From positions 6,016 to 70,015 of the forward strand of contig JBHLOC010000025.1 of NCBI GenBank assembly GCA_048940925.1: a DNA stretch of 64,000 nucleotides. The letters are read 5' to 3'. A model generated the notes under the pieces. That model was not told where the DNA came from. It did not search any database and saw only the letters and a program-made list of their open reading frames with translations. The position numbers and the translations under genes were made by a program. Source of the DNA: Promethearchaeota archaeon (lineage in GTDB: Archaea; Asgardarchaeota; Lokiarchaeia; Sigyniarchaeales; SOKP01). How positions within the stretch are numbered: position 1 is the first letter of the stretch; each line of letters begins with the position of its first letter. This document shows, one piece after another, positions 46,931-56,865 of this stretch.

Positions 46931-47185
46931 TTAAAAGGGATAATTCTTTTTGGTACTTATAAGAGTTGTGGTTGCTTCTATCCATTGAGATAATTGTTCT
47001 TCAGTTCGGCAAAAACTAACTAGTTTATCTAAATCCTCAAGATTCTTAAATTTACATTCAACTATTAAATCCCACGCACCATATAGAGGTGTTGAATAAG
47101 TTACTTGCCAATTTTCACCCGGATTACTGGATTTTAAATTTTTTAATTTCTCAATCACTTTCCATTGAGCACTAATGATTTTCAT
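46931..47185 (-). CDS. Stand-alone Lrp/AsnC-type ligand-binding (RAM) domain protein
   Basis: 84 aa. YGAWDLIVECKFKNLEDLDKLV aligns with TGTYDALILARFKTREELSKMI of the Lrp regulator at 26142..26645. 75 nt downstream of carB on the same strand. Confidence 0.55.
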   Translation of the reverse strand: MKIISAQWKVIEKLKNLKSSNPGENWQVTYSTPLYGAWDLIVECKFKNLEDLDKLVSFCRTEEQLSQWIEATTTLISTKKNYPF

Positions 47186-47260
47186 TCTGAATAAGATATA
47201 TCCCCGATAATAAATTTTACAACACCTAATATGTGAATAATCTAGACAAATTATTATTTT

Positions 47261-50200
47261 TTACCAATAAACTTCTTTCAAAGAGTTATGGTATTCATTT
47301 AGAGATTTAATTTCTACTTTTTTGGTACGTATTTTTTCAATTGCATCTATAATTGCTTCAGCTAATTGTAAATTAATAATGACGGGAATATTATAATCCA
47401 CAGCCATTCTTCTAATTTTATATTCATCATCCATAATAATTTTAAATTTTTCTTCTACAGTAGTTGGTAAGGGAATATTTATAACCATATCAATACTCCC
47501 ATCTTGTAAACATTGTAAGATATTTGGCTCCATCCCATATTCATGTACTTTATAAAGCTTTACAGCTTTAATACCGTTGTTTTTAAGAGCTATAGCAGTA
47601 TCTTCTGTAGCGAAAATCGAAAATCCTAATTTCTTTAACTTACAGGCCAAAGGTATGACTTTTTTCTTTAATTCTGCTCCACCGACGGAGATTAAAATAT
47701 TTCCTCCATCAATTGGAATGTATTGTTCTGCAGCATCTAATGCTTTGATTAAAGCGTCGGGAAAATTTTCACCAATACATGCTACTTCACCCGTACTTGC
47801 CATTTCTACGCCTAAAACAGGATCTGCTTTATCTAATCTCATAAATGAAAACATTGGTGCTTTAATTGAAACATAATTACCATATGGTAAATCCATTAAT
47901 CTTTTCGGTATTGTTTTACCCATAAATACTTCCGCAGCAAGCCTCATTAAATTTATACCCCTTGTTTTGGAAACATAGGGCATACTTCGGCTGGATCTGA
48001 GATTGCATTCAATTACATAAACTTCACTATCTTTAACAAGGTATTGGACATTAAAAGGACCTTGTATTTTCAATGCTAATGCTATTTTTTTTGTGTATTC
48101 CTCAATTGTCTTTATCACTTTATTTGATACTGTATAATACCCAATTGACATCGTTGCATCCCCTGAATGAATTCCAGCGTTTTCAATATGTTCCACTACT
48201 GCTCCAATAAATACATTCTCACCATCACACACACCATCACATTCCACTTCTCTGGAGTCTGTGAAAAATTTTGTAATGACTACAGGAAACTCTTTTGAAA
48301 TTGATACAGCTAAATCAAAAGTGTCTCTTAACGTTTTTTCATCATATGAAACCCGCATTGCCGCGCCACTTAGGACATAAGAGGGCCTTACTAAAACAGG
48401 ATATTCAACATTTTTAGCGAATTTTAAAGCATCTTCTTTGTTAGTTAGTACGCTCCATCGAGGTTGCTTAATATCAAGCTGATCTAGCAAAGAACTGAAT
48501 TTTGAGCGGTCTTCTGCCATATCTATTCTGCTACCATGGGTTCCAAATATATTTAAATTAACTTTCCGGAAAAACTCAGAATATTTAGAAAATTTTGTTG
48601 CAAGATTTTGGGCAATCTGGCCCCCAACAGAAACAACGATACCATCTGCTTTTTCAAATTCGCAAATATCTAAGATTCTTTCACCAGAAATTTCTTCGAA
48701 GTAGAGCTTATGGGCAGTTTCTGTATCAGTACTTACTGTTTCAGGATTATAATTGACCATAATTGTTTGATCAACTCCTTGTTTTTTGATTCCCCAAAGA
48801 CAGTTAACTGAACCCCAATCAAATTCTACCGAAGATCCAATACGATAAGTTCCAGATCCTAAAATTATAATTTTTTTAAGATTAGCTTTTTTTTCATTTT
48901 CAAAATTAATATCATGTTCTGAAGCACTGTAAGTCAAATAAAGATAATTTGTAATAGCTGGCCATTCTGCTGCTAATGTATCAATTCGTTTAACATAGGG
49001 ATGAATATTTAATCGTCTTCTCATTTGTCTGATATATATTGTGTCAACTCCCATTATTTTTGCTATTTGTCCGTCAGAAAAACCAAATCTTTTTGCTCTT
49101 TCTAGCCAATATTTTTTTTCAGTATCAGAAGTGTCTAATAAATCAAGGTTTTGTAGTTGATATTCTATTTTAATGATGTTTTTCAATTTGTATAAAAACC
49201 ATTTGTCCACTCTTGATAAATTATAGATCTCATCAATAGTGATACCTCGTTTTATTGCTTCAGCAAGTCTGAACACTCTTAGATCTGTTGGATTTCTTAA
49301 AGCATACTTCAATTCATTGATATCATCAATTGGTTTTAAATCATTTGCTACTAAGCCTTTCATACCAATATCAAGCATTCTAATAGCTTTTTGCAGGACT
49401 TCTTCAAATGTCCTTCCAATTGCCATGACTTCGCCTACACTTTTCATCTGGGAGCCTATTCTTCGGTCTACCTTTTGAAATTTCGTAAGATCCCATCTCG
49501 GAATTTTAAGCACTATGTAATCTAATGCAGGTTCAAAACAAGCAGTAGTAATTCCGGTGATCTTATTTTTTAGTTCCGGTAAAGTGAATCCTATTGCTAA
49601 TTTAGCTGCTATATATGCTAAGGGATAACCTGTTGCTTTTGATGCTAATGCTGATGATCTTGAAAGTCGAGCATTTACTTCTATTGCACGGAACTGTTTT
49701 GAAAAAGGATCTAAGCCATATTGAATATTACATTCTCCAATAATACCCAAATTTCTTATAACTCTAATAGAAGCTGATCGGAGCATTTGGTATTCCTCAT
49801 TTGTGAGAGTTTGGCTCGGGCTTACGACCAATGATTCACCAGTATGAAGTCCTACTGGATCAAAGTTTTCCATATTGCAGTTAATAAAACAGTTATCTTT
49901 AGAATCTCGTACCACCTCATATTCAATCTCTTTCCATCCCCATATACTTTCCTCAATTAGAATTTGATTAATTCTTGATTGAGCTAAAGCTTTTTTTGCC
50001 TTTCTTTCGAATTCTTTCATATTATTAACTATACCTGATCCTCTTCCACCTAATGTATATGCCACTCGTATCATACAAGGAAAACCAATCTCTTTTACAG
50101 CTTTTAAAGCTTCAATATATGAATTTACCGCTTGACTCTTACAAACTTTCACATTGGATTTTTCCATTGCTTTAACAAAAAGATTTCTATCCTCAGTTGC

Positions 50201-50572
50201 TTCAATTGCTTCAATAGGGGTTCCCAATACTCTTACATTATATTTTTTAAGAATTCCTTTTTCGTTTAGTTCAACACCTACATTTAAAGCCGTTTGACCT
50301 CCAAAAGCTAATAAAATTCCGTCTGGATTTTCTTTTTTAATTACTTTCTCCACATATTCTATGTTAATAGGTAATAAGTATACTTTATCTGAGAGTTCTG
50401 GATCAGTCTGAATGGTAGCTATATTTGGATTAATTAAAATAGTTTCTATTCCTTCTTCTTTAAGAGCTTTTAATACTTGACTTCCAGAGTAATCAAATTC
50501 TCCAGCTTGACCAATACGGATTCCTCCAGATCCGAGAACCAATGCTTTTCTAATACTTTTATCCAATGGCAT
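47261..50572 (-). CDS. carB: Carbamoyl-phosphate synthase large subunit
   Basis: 1103 aa with two ATP-grasp halves (LVLGSGGIRIGQAGEFDYSG and IILGSGTYRIGSSVEFDW), an oligomerisation domain and a C-terminal MGS-like domain. Confidence 0.97.
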   Translation of the reverse strand: MPLDKSIRKALVLGSGGIRIGQAGEFDYSGSQVLKALKEEGIETILINPNIATIQTDPELSDKVYLLPINIEYVEKVIKKENPDGILLAFGGQTALNVGVELNEKGILKKYNVRVLGTPIEAIEATEDRNLFVKAMEKSNVKVCKSQAVNSYIEALKAVKEIGFPCMIRVAYTLGGRGSGIVNNMKEFERKAKKALAQSRINQILIEESIWGWKEIEYEVVRDSKDNCFINCNMENFDPVGLHTGESLVVSPSQTLTNEEYQMLRSASIRVIRNLGIIGECNIQYGLDPFSKQFRAIEVNARLSRSSALASKATGYPLAYIAAKLAIGFTLPELKNKITGITTACFEPALDYIVLKIPRWDLTKFQKVDRRIGSQMKSVGEVMAIGRTFEEVLQKAIRMLDIGMKGLVANDLKPIDDINELKYALRNPTDLRVFRLAEAIKRGITIDEIYNLSRVDKWFLYKLKNIIKIEYQLQNLDLLDTSDTEKKYWLERAKRFGFSDGQIAKIMGVDTIYIRQMRRRLNIHPYVKRIDTLAAEWPAITNYLYLTYSASEHDINFENEKKANLKKIIILGSGTYRIGSSVEFDWGSVNCLWGIKKQGVDQTIMVNYNPETVSTDTETAHKLYFEEISGERILDICEFEKADGIVVSVGGQIAQNLATKFSKYSEFFRKVNLNIFGTHGSRIDMAEDRSKFSSLLDQLDIKQPRWSVLTNKEDALKFAKNVEYPVLVRPSYVLSGAAMRVSYDEKTLRDTFDLAVSISKEFPVVITKFFTDSREVECDGVCDGENVFIGAVVEHIENAGIHSGDATMSIGYYTVSNKVIKTIEEYTKKIALALKIQGPFNVQYLVKDSEVYVIECNLRSSRSMPYVSKTRGINLMRLAAEVFMGKTIPKRLMDLPYGNYVSIKAPMFSFMRLDKADPVLGVEMASTGEVACIGENFPDALIKALDAAEQYIPIDGGNILISVGGAELKKKVIPLACKLKKLGFSIFATEDTAIALKNNGIKAVKLYKVHEYGMEPNILQCLQDGSIDMVINIPLPTTVEEKFKIIMDDEYKIRRMAVDYNIPVIINLQLAEAIIDAIEKIRTKKVEIKSLNEYHNSLKEVYW

Positions 50573-50576
50573 AAAA

Positions 50577-51710
50577 CTATAGCTCCATAAGTTCTATAAA
50601 TTTATCGAAGAGGTATAACGAATCTAATGGTCCTGGTGATGCTTCTGGATGAAATTGAACCGCTAGAAGGGGTTTATTTTCATGTATTAAGCCTTCATTT
50701 GTTTGATCATCGACATTTTTTAGATATTCTTTAAAGCCATTCTTTTCAAAGTCTTTAACACAAAAACCATGATTTTGTGATGTTATATAACATTGGTTAG
50801 TTTCAGGATTTATAACCGTCTTATTTCCACCTCTGTGTCCATACTTCAATTTGTACTTATACCCTCCAGCAGCTATTCCAAGAATTTGATTTCCTAAACA
50901 AATGCCAAATGTTGGAATATTATTTTTAATTAGTTGTTTACAAACTTTAATTGCACTTATACACATATCAGGATCTCCTGGTCCATTTGAGATGAAAACA
51001 CCATCAGGGTTATAACTCATAATCTTCTCATAACTATAATTATAAGGCGTTAGAATAATTTCTAACCCTCGTTTTATGAAATTTCTCAAGATATTGAATT
51101 TTACACCACAATCTAACACTACAATTCGCCCTTTTGGATTTGGTGGAAAGAAAATTTTAACTTCTTTAGTCGAAACTTCACTTACTAAGTGTCTGAGATT
51201 AGGATCTTCTGCTTTTTTGACAATTTTTTTTAATTCCTCTACATTTGGTCTTTCTTCTGATTCGTAAATAGCTAATAGACAAACTTGAACACCTTCTTCT
51301 CTTAAAATTTTAGTAATAGCACGAGTATCGACCCACTCAATCCCAGGAACTCCTTCCTCACAAAGGAAATCATGTAAAGTTTTTTTGCTTTCATAATGAC
51401 TTGGTTGTTTACAACATTCATTTACTACGAATCCGGTCACTTTTATAGAATCTGACTCAAAATACTTAGTAATTCCATATTCATCTTTTTCCCATGGAGG
51501 AACTCCATAATTTCCTACTAATGGATGTGTCAGTACTACTATCTGCCCTTGATATGATGGATCGGTTAAAGTCTCATTATAACCAGCTCCCGTCATTGTG
51601 TTAAAAACAAGTTCTCCCGTTACTATTTTTGTCGCTCCAAAACCAATCCCTTGAAAATATCGACCATCTTGAAGCATTAATATAGCAGGTCTTTCTTTCT
51701 TATAGAGCAT
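50577..51710 (-). CDS. carA: Carbamoyl-phosphate synthase small (glutaminase) subunit
   Basis: GICLGNQ catalytic Cys, FHPEASPGP, and the N-terminal CarA-specific domain. 4 nt upstream of carB. Confidence 0.95.
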   Translation of the reverse strand: MLYKKERPAILMLQDGRYFQGIGFGATKIVTGELVFNTMTGAGYNETLTDPSYQGQIVVLTHPLVGNYGVPPWEKDEYGITKYFESDSIKVTGFVVNECCKQPSHYESKKTLHDFLCEEGVPGIEWVDTRAITKILREEGVQVCLLAIYESEERPNVEELKKIVKKAEDPNLRHLVSEVSTKEVKIFFPPNPKGRIVVLDCGVKFNILRNFIKRGLEIILTPYNYSYEKIMSYNPDGVFISNGPGDPDMCISAIKVCKQLIKNNIPTFGICLGNQILGIAAGGYKYKLKYGHRGGNKTVINPETNQCYITSQNHGFCVKDFEKNGFKEYLKNVDDQTNEGLIHENKPLLAVQFHPEASPGPLDSLYLFDKFIELMEL

Positions 51711-51856
51711 TTATAAAATTTTCATGAACATCTTTATTTATCTTAAAATAAAGGTAACTAATTTTTTTTTTAAGATTGTTTATTAACGAGTTAAATATAA
51801 AAAGTTAAATTGAGAAATTTTGATGAATCTTGATTAAATTGTCTGTATTAATCCAC

Positions 51857-52918
51857 TTAAATTCTTTTAGTGTCAAGAAATTCCTCTTTAAAGGCAAGTA
51901 AAAATTCTGTAAGGGTTGATTCAATAGCTTTAATTATAGTTTCCAATTCCAAATCATCAAAACTATTCCACCATGAATACCTGTAACTATCCATAACTTC
52001 TAATTCTTTAGGATTTTTCATGGTTATTATTTCATTTTCAAGTAAAAAAGATGGATCTAATAAGTTAGTATCACCATCTTCAAGTCGTCGCTGATTTTGG
52101 AGCATACACTCAAGTAAATCATCATAAAATAATAAGGGTATATACTTTAATTCCTTTGATTTCATTTGAGTTCCCAATTTAATCCGCTCATCTTCTTGTC
52201 TTGAAAATCCCTTCTCCCTAAGATCGAAAATTTCAATATCTATTAACTCTGGATGATATTGAGTCTCATTAACTTTTTTGAATTTTTTATAATAAGTAAA
52301 ATCTTTTACCTTGTAAAGGTTTACACTCTCTTGTTTACCTTTTATCTCTATAAGCATAGAATTTTCTTCCATTCTCTTTCTACATACATCTGCTACAATT
52401 TGACAATAATTTTTGGCGGCATCTATAAGATCTTCCTCAAGAATTTTAGCTTTTATAATTGTATGTAAATAAGCTCTCGAAAAAGCAGAAAAGTCTTCTT
52501 CTAGACGGAATAAATTTCCATAAAGAAATTTTGTCGAATTCCACCATCTTAAAGCTCTTTCTAATGTGAAATGGACAGAAAATTTCTCACGAGACCGAAT
52601 TTCTGTGAAATACAGTAACTTTTCTACTCCATACTGTAGAAAAGGTGCAGGATTGATCACAGCGGTCTTATCGTCGGTGAGAGCAAATGATATTGGTTCT
52701 CGAGGTCGAATTAGAATCGATTTTTCACCATTAAAAACACGATCAACACGCATCGGTAATGGCATGATTGGATTACTCTTTATATTCTCTATGAGATGGA
52801 GTAAATGTGGATTTTTTTCATTAATATATTCTGGTGGAAAGATATCAATGAAAAAGAAAAACGGAGCCGCATCATACTTAAATGTCTTAAATTTATTAAT
52901 TGGTCTTATAGTAATCAC
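51857..52918 (-). CDS. Hypothetical protein (353 aa)
   Basis: Long ORF with balanced composition and a GTG start. No motif I recognise. The overlapping plus-strand ORFs look like shadows. Confidence 0.55.
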   Translation of the reverse strand: MITIRPINKFKTFKYDAAPFFFFIDIFPPEYINEKNPHLLHLIENIKSNPIMPLPMRVDRVFNGEKSILIRPREPISFALTDDKTAVINPAPFLQYGVEKLLYFTEIRSREKFSVHFTLERALRWWNSTKFLYGNLFRLEEDFSAFSRAYLHTIIKAKILEEDLIDAAKNYCQIVADVCRKRMEENSMLIEIKGKQESVNLYKVKDFTYYKKFKKVNETQYHPELIDIEIFDLREKGFSRQEDERIKLGTQMKSKELKYIPLLFYDDLLECMLQNQRRLEDGDTNLLDPSFLLENEIITMKNPKELEVMDSYRYSWWNSFDDLELETIIKAIESTLTEFLLAFKEEFLDTKRI

Positions 52919-53176
52919 TAAAAAATTTTTAATTTACATCTTTGTAATTTATACTCTAAAATACAATAAGAGAAAACTTTAATGATATCTTAAGTTAATG
53001 ATTTTAATTTGTTAATTTCAAGAAAACTTAACAGATTAGAGAACTTATTCGGTAATACAACGATTAGTCTGAAAGAATAAATTGAGAATCTTCTTCTAAC
53101 TAAGATGCTGTTTGTGTAGAATTCACATAGACTCATTACCTTATTCTAAAATAATAAAAAAAATAGAAAAAAGAAA

Positions 53177-54343
53177 TTACTTCATATCTACAAATTTCCC
53201 GTTCTTAAACAATTCACATGGTTTAAGATATTCACTACCAATTTTTTCGGCGAATTCTTCTAATACTTTAACGAGTTCCTCCCAATTTGGAATACCAATT
53301 TCAAAAGGCCCGGGAGCATTCGTACCAGCCATAGCAGCATCATCAATGATTTTCCAACCAGAAACAATACCTTCTTCTAATATTCGACATCCTTCATTTA
53401 GACGAATAGCAAGACGAATTCTAAGGTCAACCAATCCAGCTTTTTTGATTTTAGAGAAATCTGGTTGCGGTCTTCCCTTGGACCAATCATAAAACCCTTG
53501 TCCTGCCTTTCTACCCCATTTACCATCTTTATACATTTGTGCTATTACCTTTCCGGGTTTAAAATCTTCGTGTAATGTTTTGGCATAGTAATTTCGTATA
53601 TGATATCCTGTATCAAGACCAGTGTAATCAGCTAACACTAAAGGTGACATAGGTCCTCTACTCCCGAAATCCGCATCTAAAGATTCAAAAGGTATTCCTT
53701 TTTCTAAGCAAGTGTCAAGAAGATAATTCATATAGATACCACCTGGAGCATTTAACCTATTCACAATAAATCCTGGACGATCCTTCAAGACTTTAGCTAC
53801 ATATCTGTCTCCTCTAAGACAAGGTAAACTCTCACTAACTTTCATACCAATATTCATTGAATCTTCAGAAGCTTTTTCACCAGCAATAACCTCTATTAAT
53901 CTCATTAATGGTGCCGGATTAAAAAAATGCATCCCAATGCATTTGTCTTCTCTATTCGTAGCAGTTGCCATTTCAGTTATAGACATAGTTGATGTATTTG
54001 AAGCAATTACAGTATGAGGAGGAGCATTTTCATCACAAGCTTTGAAGATTTTTTTCTTAACATCCATATCCTCAACAACTGCTTCTATGATTAAATCAGC
54101 ATCTTTTATAGCAGAAGCTAAATCTAAACTTGTTTTCATTCGTGCCATATTTTCGGCTGCATTTAATACTCCTTTAGATTCAAGTTTGTTTAAGCCACCT
54201 TCTATACTAGCGACAGCTTTATCAATTATTTCTTGTGAGATATCTACAAGAGTTGTATTATATCCTGCCATTAATGAGATCTGAGCAATTCCATTTCCCA
54301 TTAATCCAACACCGATTACCACGATGTTTTTAACATCTACCAT
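53177..54343 (-). CDS. 3-hydroxyacyl-CoA dehydrogenase with duplicated C-terminal domain
   Basis: Rossmann VIGVGLMGNGIAQ, SNTSTMSITE, HFFNPAPLM, PGFIVNRL. An extra ~100 aa repeats the 3HCDH C-domain pattern (LAIRLNEGCRILEEGIVS..IDDAAMAGTNAPGPFE). Confidence 0.85.
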   Translation of the reverse strand: MVDVKNIVVIGVGLMGNGIAQISLMAGYNTTLVDISQEIIDKAVASIEGGLNKLESKGVLNAAENMARMKTSLDLASAIKDADLIIEAVVEDMDVKKKIFKACDENAPPHTVIASNTSTMSITEMATATNREDKCIGMHFFNPAPLMRLIEVIAGEKASEDSMNIGMKVSESLPCLRGDRYVAKVLKDRPGFIVNRLNAPGGIYMNYLLDTCLEKGIPFESLDADFGSRGPMSPLVLADYTGLDTGYHIRNYYAKTLHEDFKPGKVIAQMYKDGKWGRKAGQGFYDWSKGRPQPDFSKIKKAGLVDLRIRLAIRLNEGCRILEEGIVSGWKIIDDAAMAGTNAPGPFEIGIPNWEELVKVLEEFAEKIGSEYLKPCELFKNGKFVDMK

Positions 54344-54403
54344 TTTATTTTAACACCTATACTTTTAAATAAATATAAAACTTTAAAGGTTTAGTATTTA
54401 TGC

Positions 54404-55456
54404 TTATCTTAAAAGCCCATAAGCATTTCTCAAACGTTTTTCTGCATCATTAACTATTTCATCAACAATTTTTTTGACGTTTTCCACGCTATGAATAATT
54501 CCAATACTCTGTCCTAAAAGAACTGCTCCTGAATAAACATCCCCTGTATAAGCAGCTTCGTACGCCTTCATTTCTTCAACTAATTCTTGTTGTGACATAG
54601 CTGATTCTTGAGCTATTTTCGCTTCCTTATCAGCTACTAACCCATGATGCAATGAATATTCATTTTTCCATAAGCGTATTGGTCCTAGTGATCCTGTTAC
54701 CAATATAGTATCTTGAGCTTTCGCTGGAGGAACAACTTTTTTATATTCTTCACTAAATTCACTATCATTTGATGCTATAAATCGTGAACCCATTGCAATA
54801 GCTCCTGCTCCCATTGCTAAAGCAGCAGCTAGTCCTTCACCCGTAGCAAATCCTCCACATGCTACTATGGGAAAATCTGGATATTTTTGAAGAACTTGTT
54901 GCAATAAGACTAAGGTACTCACTTTTTCATATGATTGATGACCTCCACCTTCACCACCGGTGACAACCATTCCATCTACTCCTGAAGCAACACACTTTTC
55001 AGCAAGCCATAATGCAGGGGCAACATGAAAGTGCTTAATTTGTGATCCATTTTCTTTCAATTTTTGATACGCTTTTGATTGTGGTAGCGTTTTTGAAGAA
55101 CCTGCACTAGTGATAGCATAAACACATTGGTCTTTTAACCTTTGATTTTCCATAATGAATCTTGGAATTTCTGTAACTAATTGTTGGGCAGCTAATTCCC
55201 TACGCGAAGTTCTTACGTTAAATCCAAAAGGCTTATCTGTGTGCTCAACTACCTCTAACATATTTTCTTTCATAATCTCAATGGGATTTCTTCCTTTTTG
55301 ATAGTCACTTAACAAAGCACTATGACTTAAGACCCCAAGTCCACCTGCTTCTGAAACTGCAATTGTCAACTCAGTTGTGTAGAAAGGGCCCATTGGAGCA
55401 GCGATTATGGGATGTTTAATCCCTAACATTTTTGTTACGTTTGTTTCTAATACCAT
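54404..55456 (-). CDS. NMO/FabK-family FMN oxidoreductase (nitronate monooxygenase / enoyl reductase-like)
   Basis: LGIKHPIIAAPMG, GGEGGGH, ACGGFATGEGLAAALAMGAGAIAMGSRF. Track start is a TTG at 55507; the ATG at 55456 (MVLETNVTKMLGI) fits the family N-terminus. Confidence 0.8.
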   Translation of the reverse strand: MVLETNVTKMLGIKHPIIAAPMGPFYTTELTIAVSEAGGLGVLSHSALLSDYQKGRNPIEIMKENMLEVVEHTDKPFGFNVRTSRRELAAQQLVTEIPRFIMENQRLKDQCVYAITSAGSSKTLPQSKAYQKLKENGSQIKHFHVAPALWLAEKCVASGVDGMVVTGGEGGGHQSYEKVSTLVLLQQVLQKYPDFPIVACGGFATGEGLAAALAMGAGAIAMGSRFIASNDSEFSEEYKKVVPPAKAQDTILVTGSLGPIRLWKNEYSLHHGLVADKEAKIAQESAMSQQELVEEMKAYEAAYTGDVYSGAVLLGQSIGIIHSVENVKKIVDEIVNDAEKRLRNAYGLLR

Positions 55457-55667
55457 TTTTTTCACAATCTTACAATTCTGAATTAAATTATTATATAATT
55501 TAGACAAAGAAATTATTTGTAATGTAAATATTTTTCTCCCATATTAGAAACACCTTTTACAAATCGAAAATTTTTATTTGTTGTTATCAAGAATTATTAT
55601 TATAGTTTTCAAGCTAGTTTTAAACAAATAGAAGCTTTAATTTAATTTCTAAGTCAAGTTGAGTTTA

Positions 55668-56696
55668 ATGGAAAAAAATATTGAAGATTTAACTATTGTA
55701 ATTTATGGGGTTGGTGGAATTGGCGCTACTCTTGGAGGATGGCTATCGGAAAAGCGTGAAAACGTGTACTTATTAGCAAGAGGAGATAATGCAAAAGCGC
55801 TTAAATCTAATGGATTGATTCTTTATGAAAAAGAAAACAATAATCCAGCACCGATACCAGTCAAGATCATCGAAGACTTAAATGAACTTACCAATATTGA
55901 TGTTATAGTAATCACTGTTAAAAATTATGATTTAGAGGAAGTTGCAAAAGATATTTCCAAGAAATTAGGAGACAAACCAATTGTTGTAGGATTACAAAAT
56001 GGGTTTGAGAATCAGTATGTTTTACCAAAATATTTTACTAAGATTGTTTATGGTGTTGTAGTTCAGTCCGGTTGGCGAGATAAACCCGGAATTTTTGGAA
56101 CAAGGGGGAAAGGACACTTAACCCTAGGAACTCCTAACAATGAGAATCAGGAAATTGTTGAAAAAATTGTTGAACTCTTAAATATTGGAATCCCAACAAA
56201 GATAACAAAAGAATTTCAGGATGCAGCTTATTCAAAATTGATAATAAACCTTACAAATGCAACTTTTACTCTAATAAGTTCAGAACTTAAAGATAATGAT
56301 GCGATTTTTAAGTTATGGAAAATAATGATGAATGTATACTTTGAGGGTATGAAAGTTGTAAAAGCAGCTGGATATAAAGAGTTTGAATTGAAGGGGTTAC
56401 TTTCTTGGAAAATAATGGAACTTGGGAAAGATTTTGATAAAAAAACAGCAGTTAACAGTTTTAAAGGAAGTGCTAAATATGCATGGTTAAATAGTATGGC
56501 TCAAGACATGATAAGGCGACAGAAAAGTCAATCTGAGCTTGAATCTCTAAATGGGTATCTTTTAAAATTAGCAGATTCACTGGATATTGAAACCCCTTAC
56601 AATAGAATGATTTATAGGCTTTGTAAGGAGCAATTTAAAAAGATACCTTATAAGCCATTACCTGTTGATGTTGTTTGGGAAAAAATGGAGAATTAA
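55668..56696 (+). CDS. Ketopantoate-reductase (PanE/ApbA) family NAD(P)H oxidoreductase
   Basis: IVIYGVGGIGATLGGWL Rossmann, then the central and C-terminal ApbA-like helical domain. Confidence 0.7.
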   Translation: MEKNIEDLTIVIYGVGGIGATLGGWLSEKRENVYLLARGDNAKALKSNGLILYEKENNNPAPIPVKIIEDLNELTNIDVIVITVKNYDLEEVAKDISKKLGDKPIVVGLQNGFENQYVLPKYFTKIVYGVVVQSGWRDKPGIFGTRGKGHLTLGTPNNENQEIVEKIVELLNIGIPTKITKEFQDAAYSKLIINLTNATFTLISSELKDNDAIFKLWKIMMNVYFEGMKVVKAAGYKEFELKGLLSWKIMELGKDFDKKTAVNSFKGSAKYAWLNSMAQDMIRRQKSQSELESLNGYLLKLADSLDIETPYNRMIYRLCKEQFKKIPYKPLPVDVVWEKMEN

Positions 56697-56865
56697 TTCT
56701 ATATTATTTTTAAAGAGATCACTTATGAAAGAATTATTTTTTACCTATAAAGGTGGTAAAATACATCCAAAACTTAAATGGAAAAATATTTTACCCCAAA
56801 GTGGTAATTACATATTTGGTTATTATGATAGGAATATTTCTTTTAAATAAAAAAATGAAAATGTA

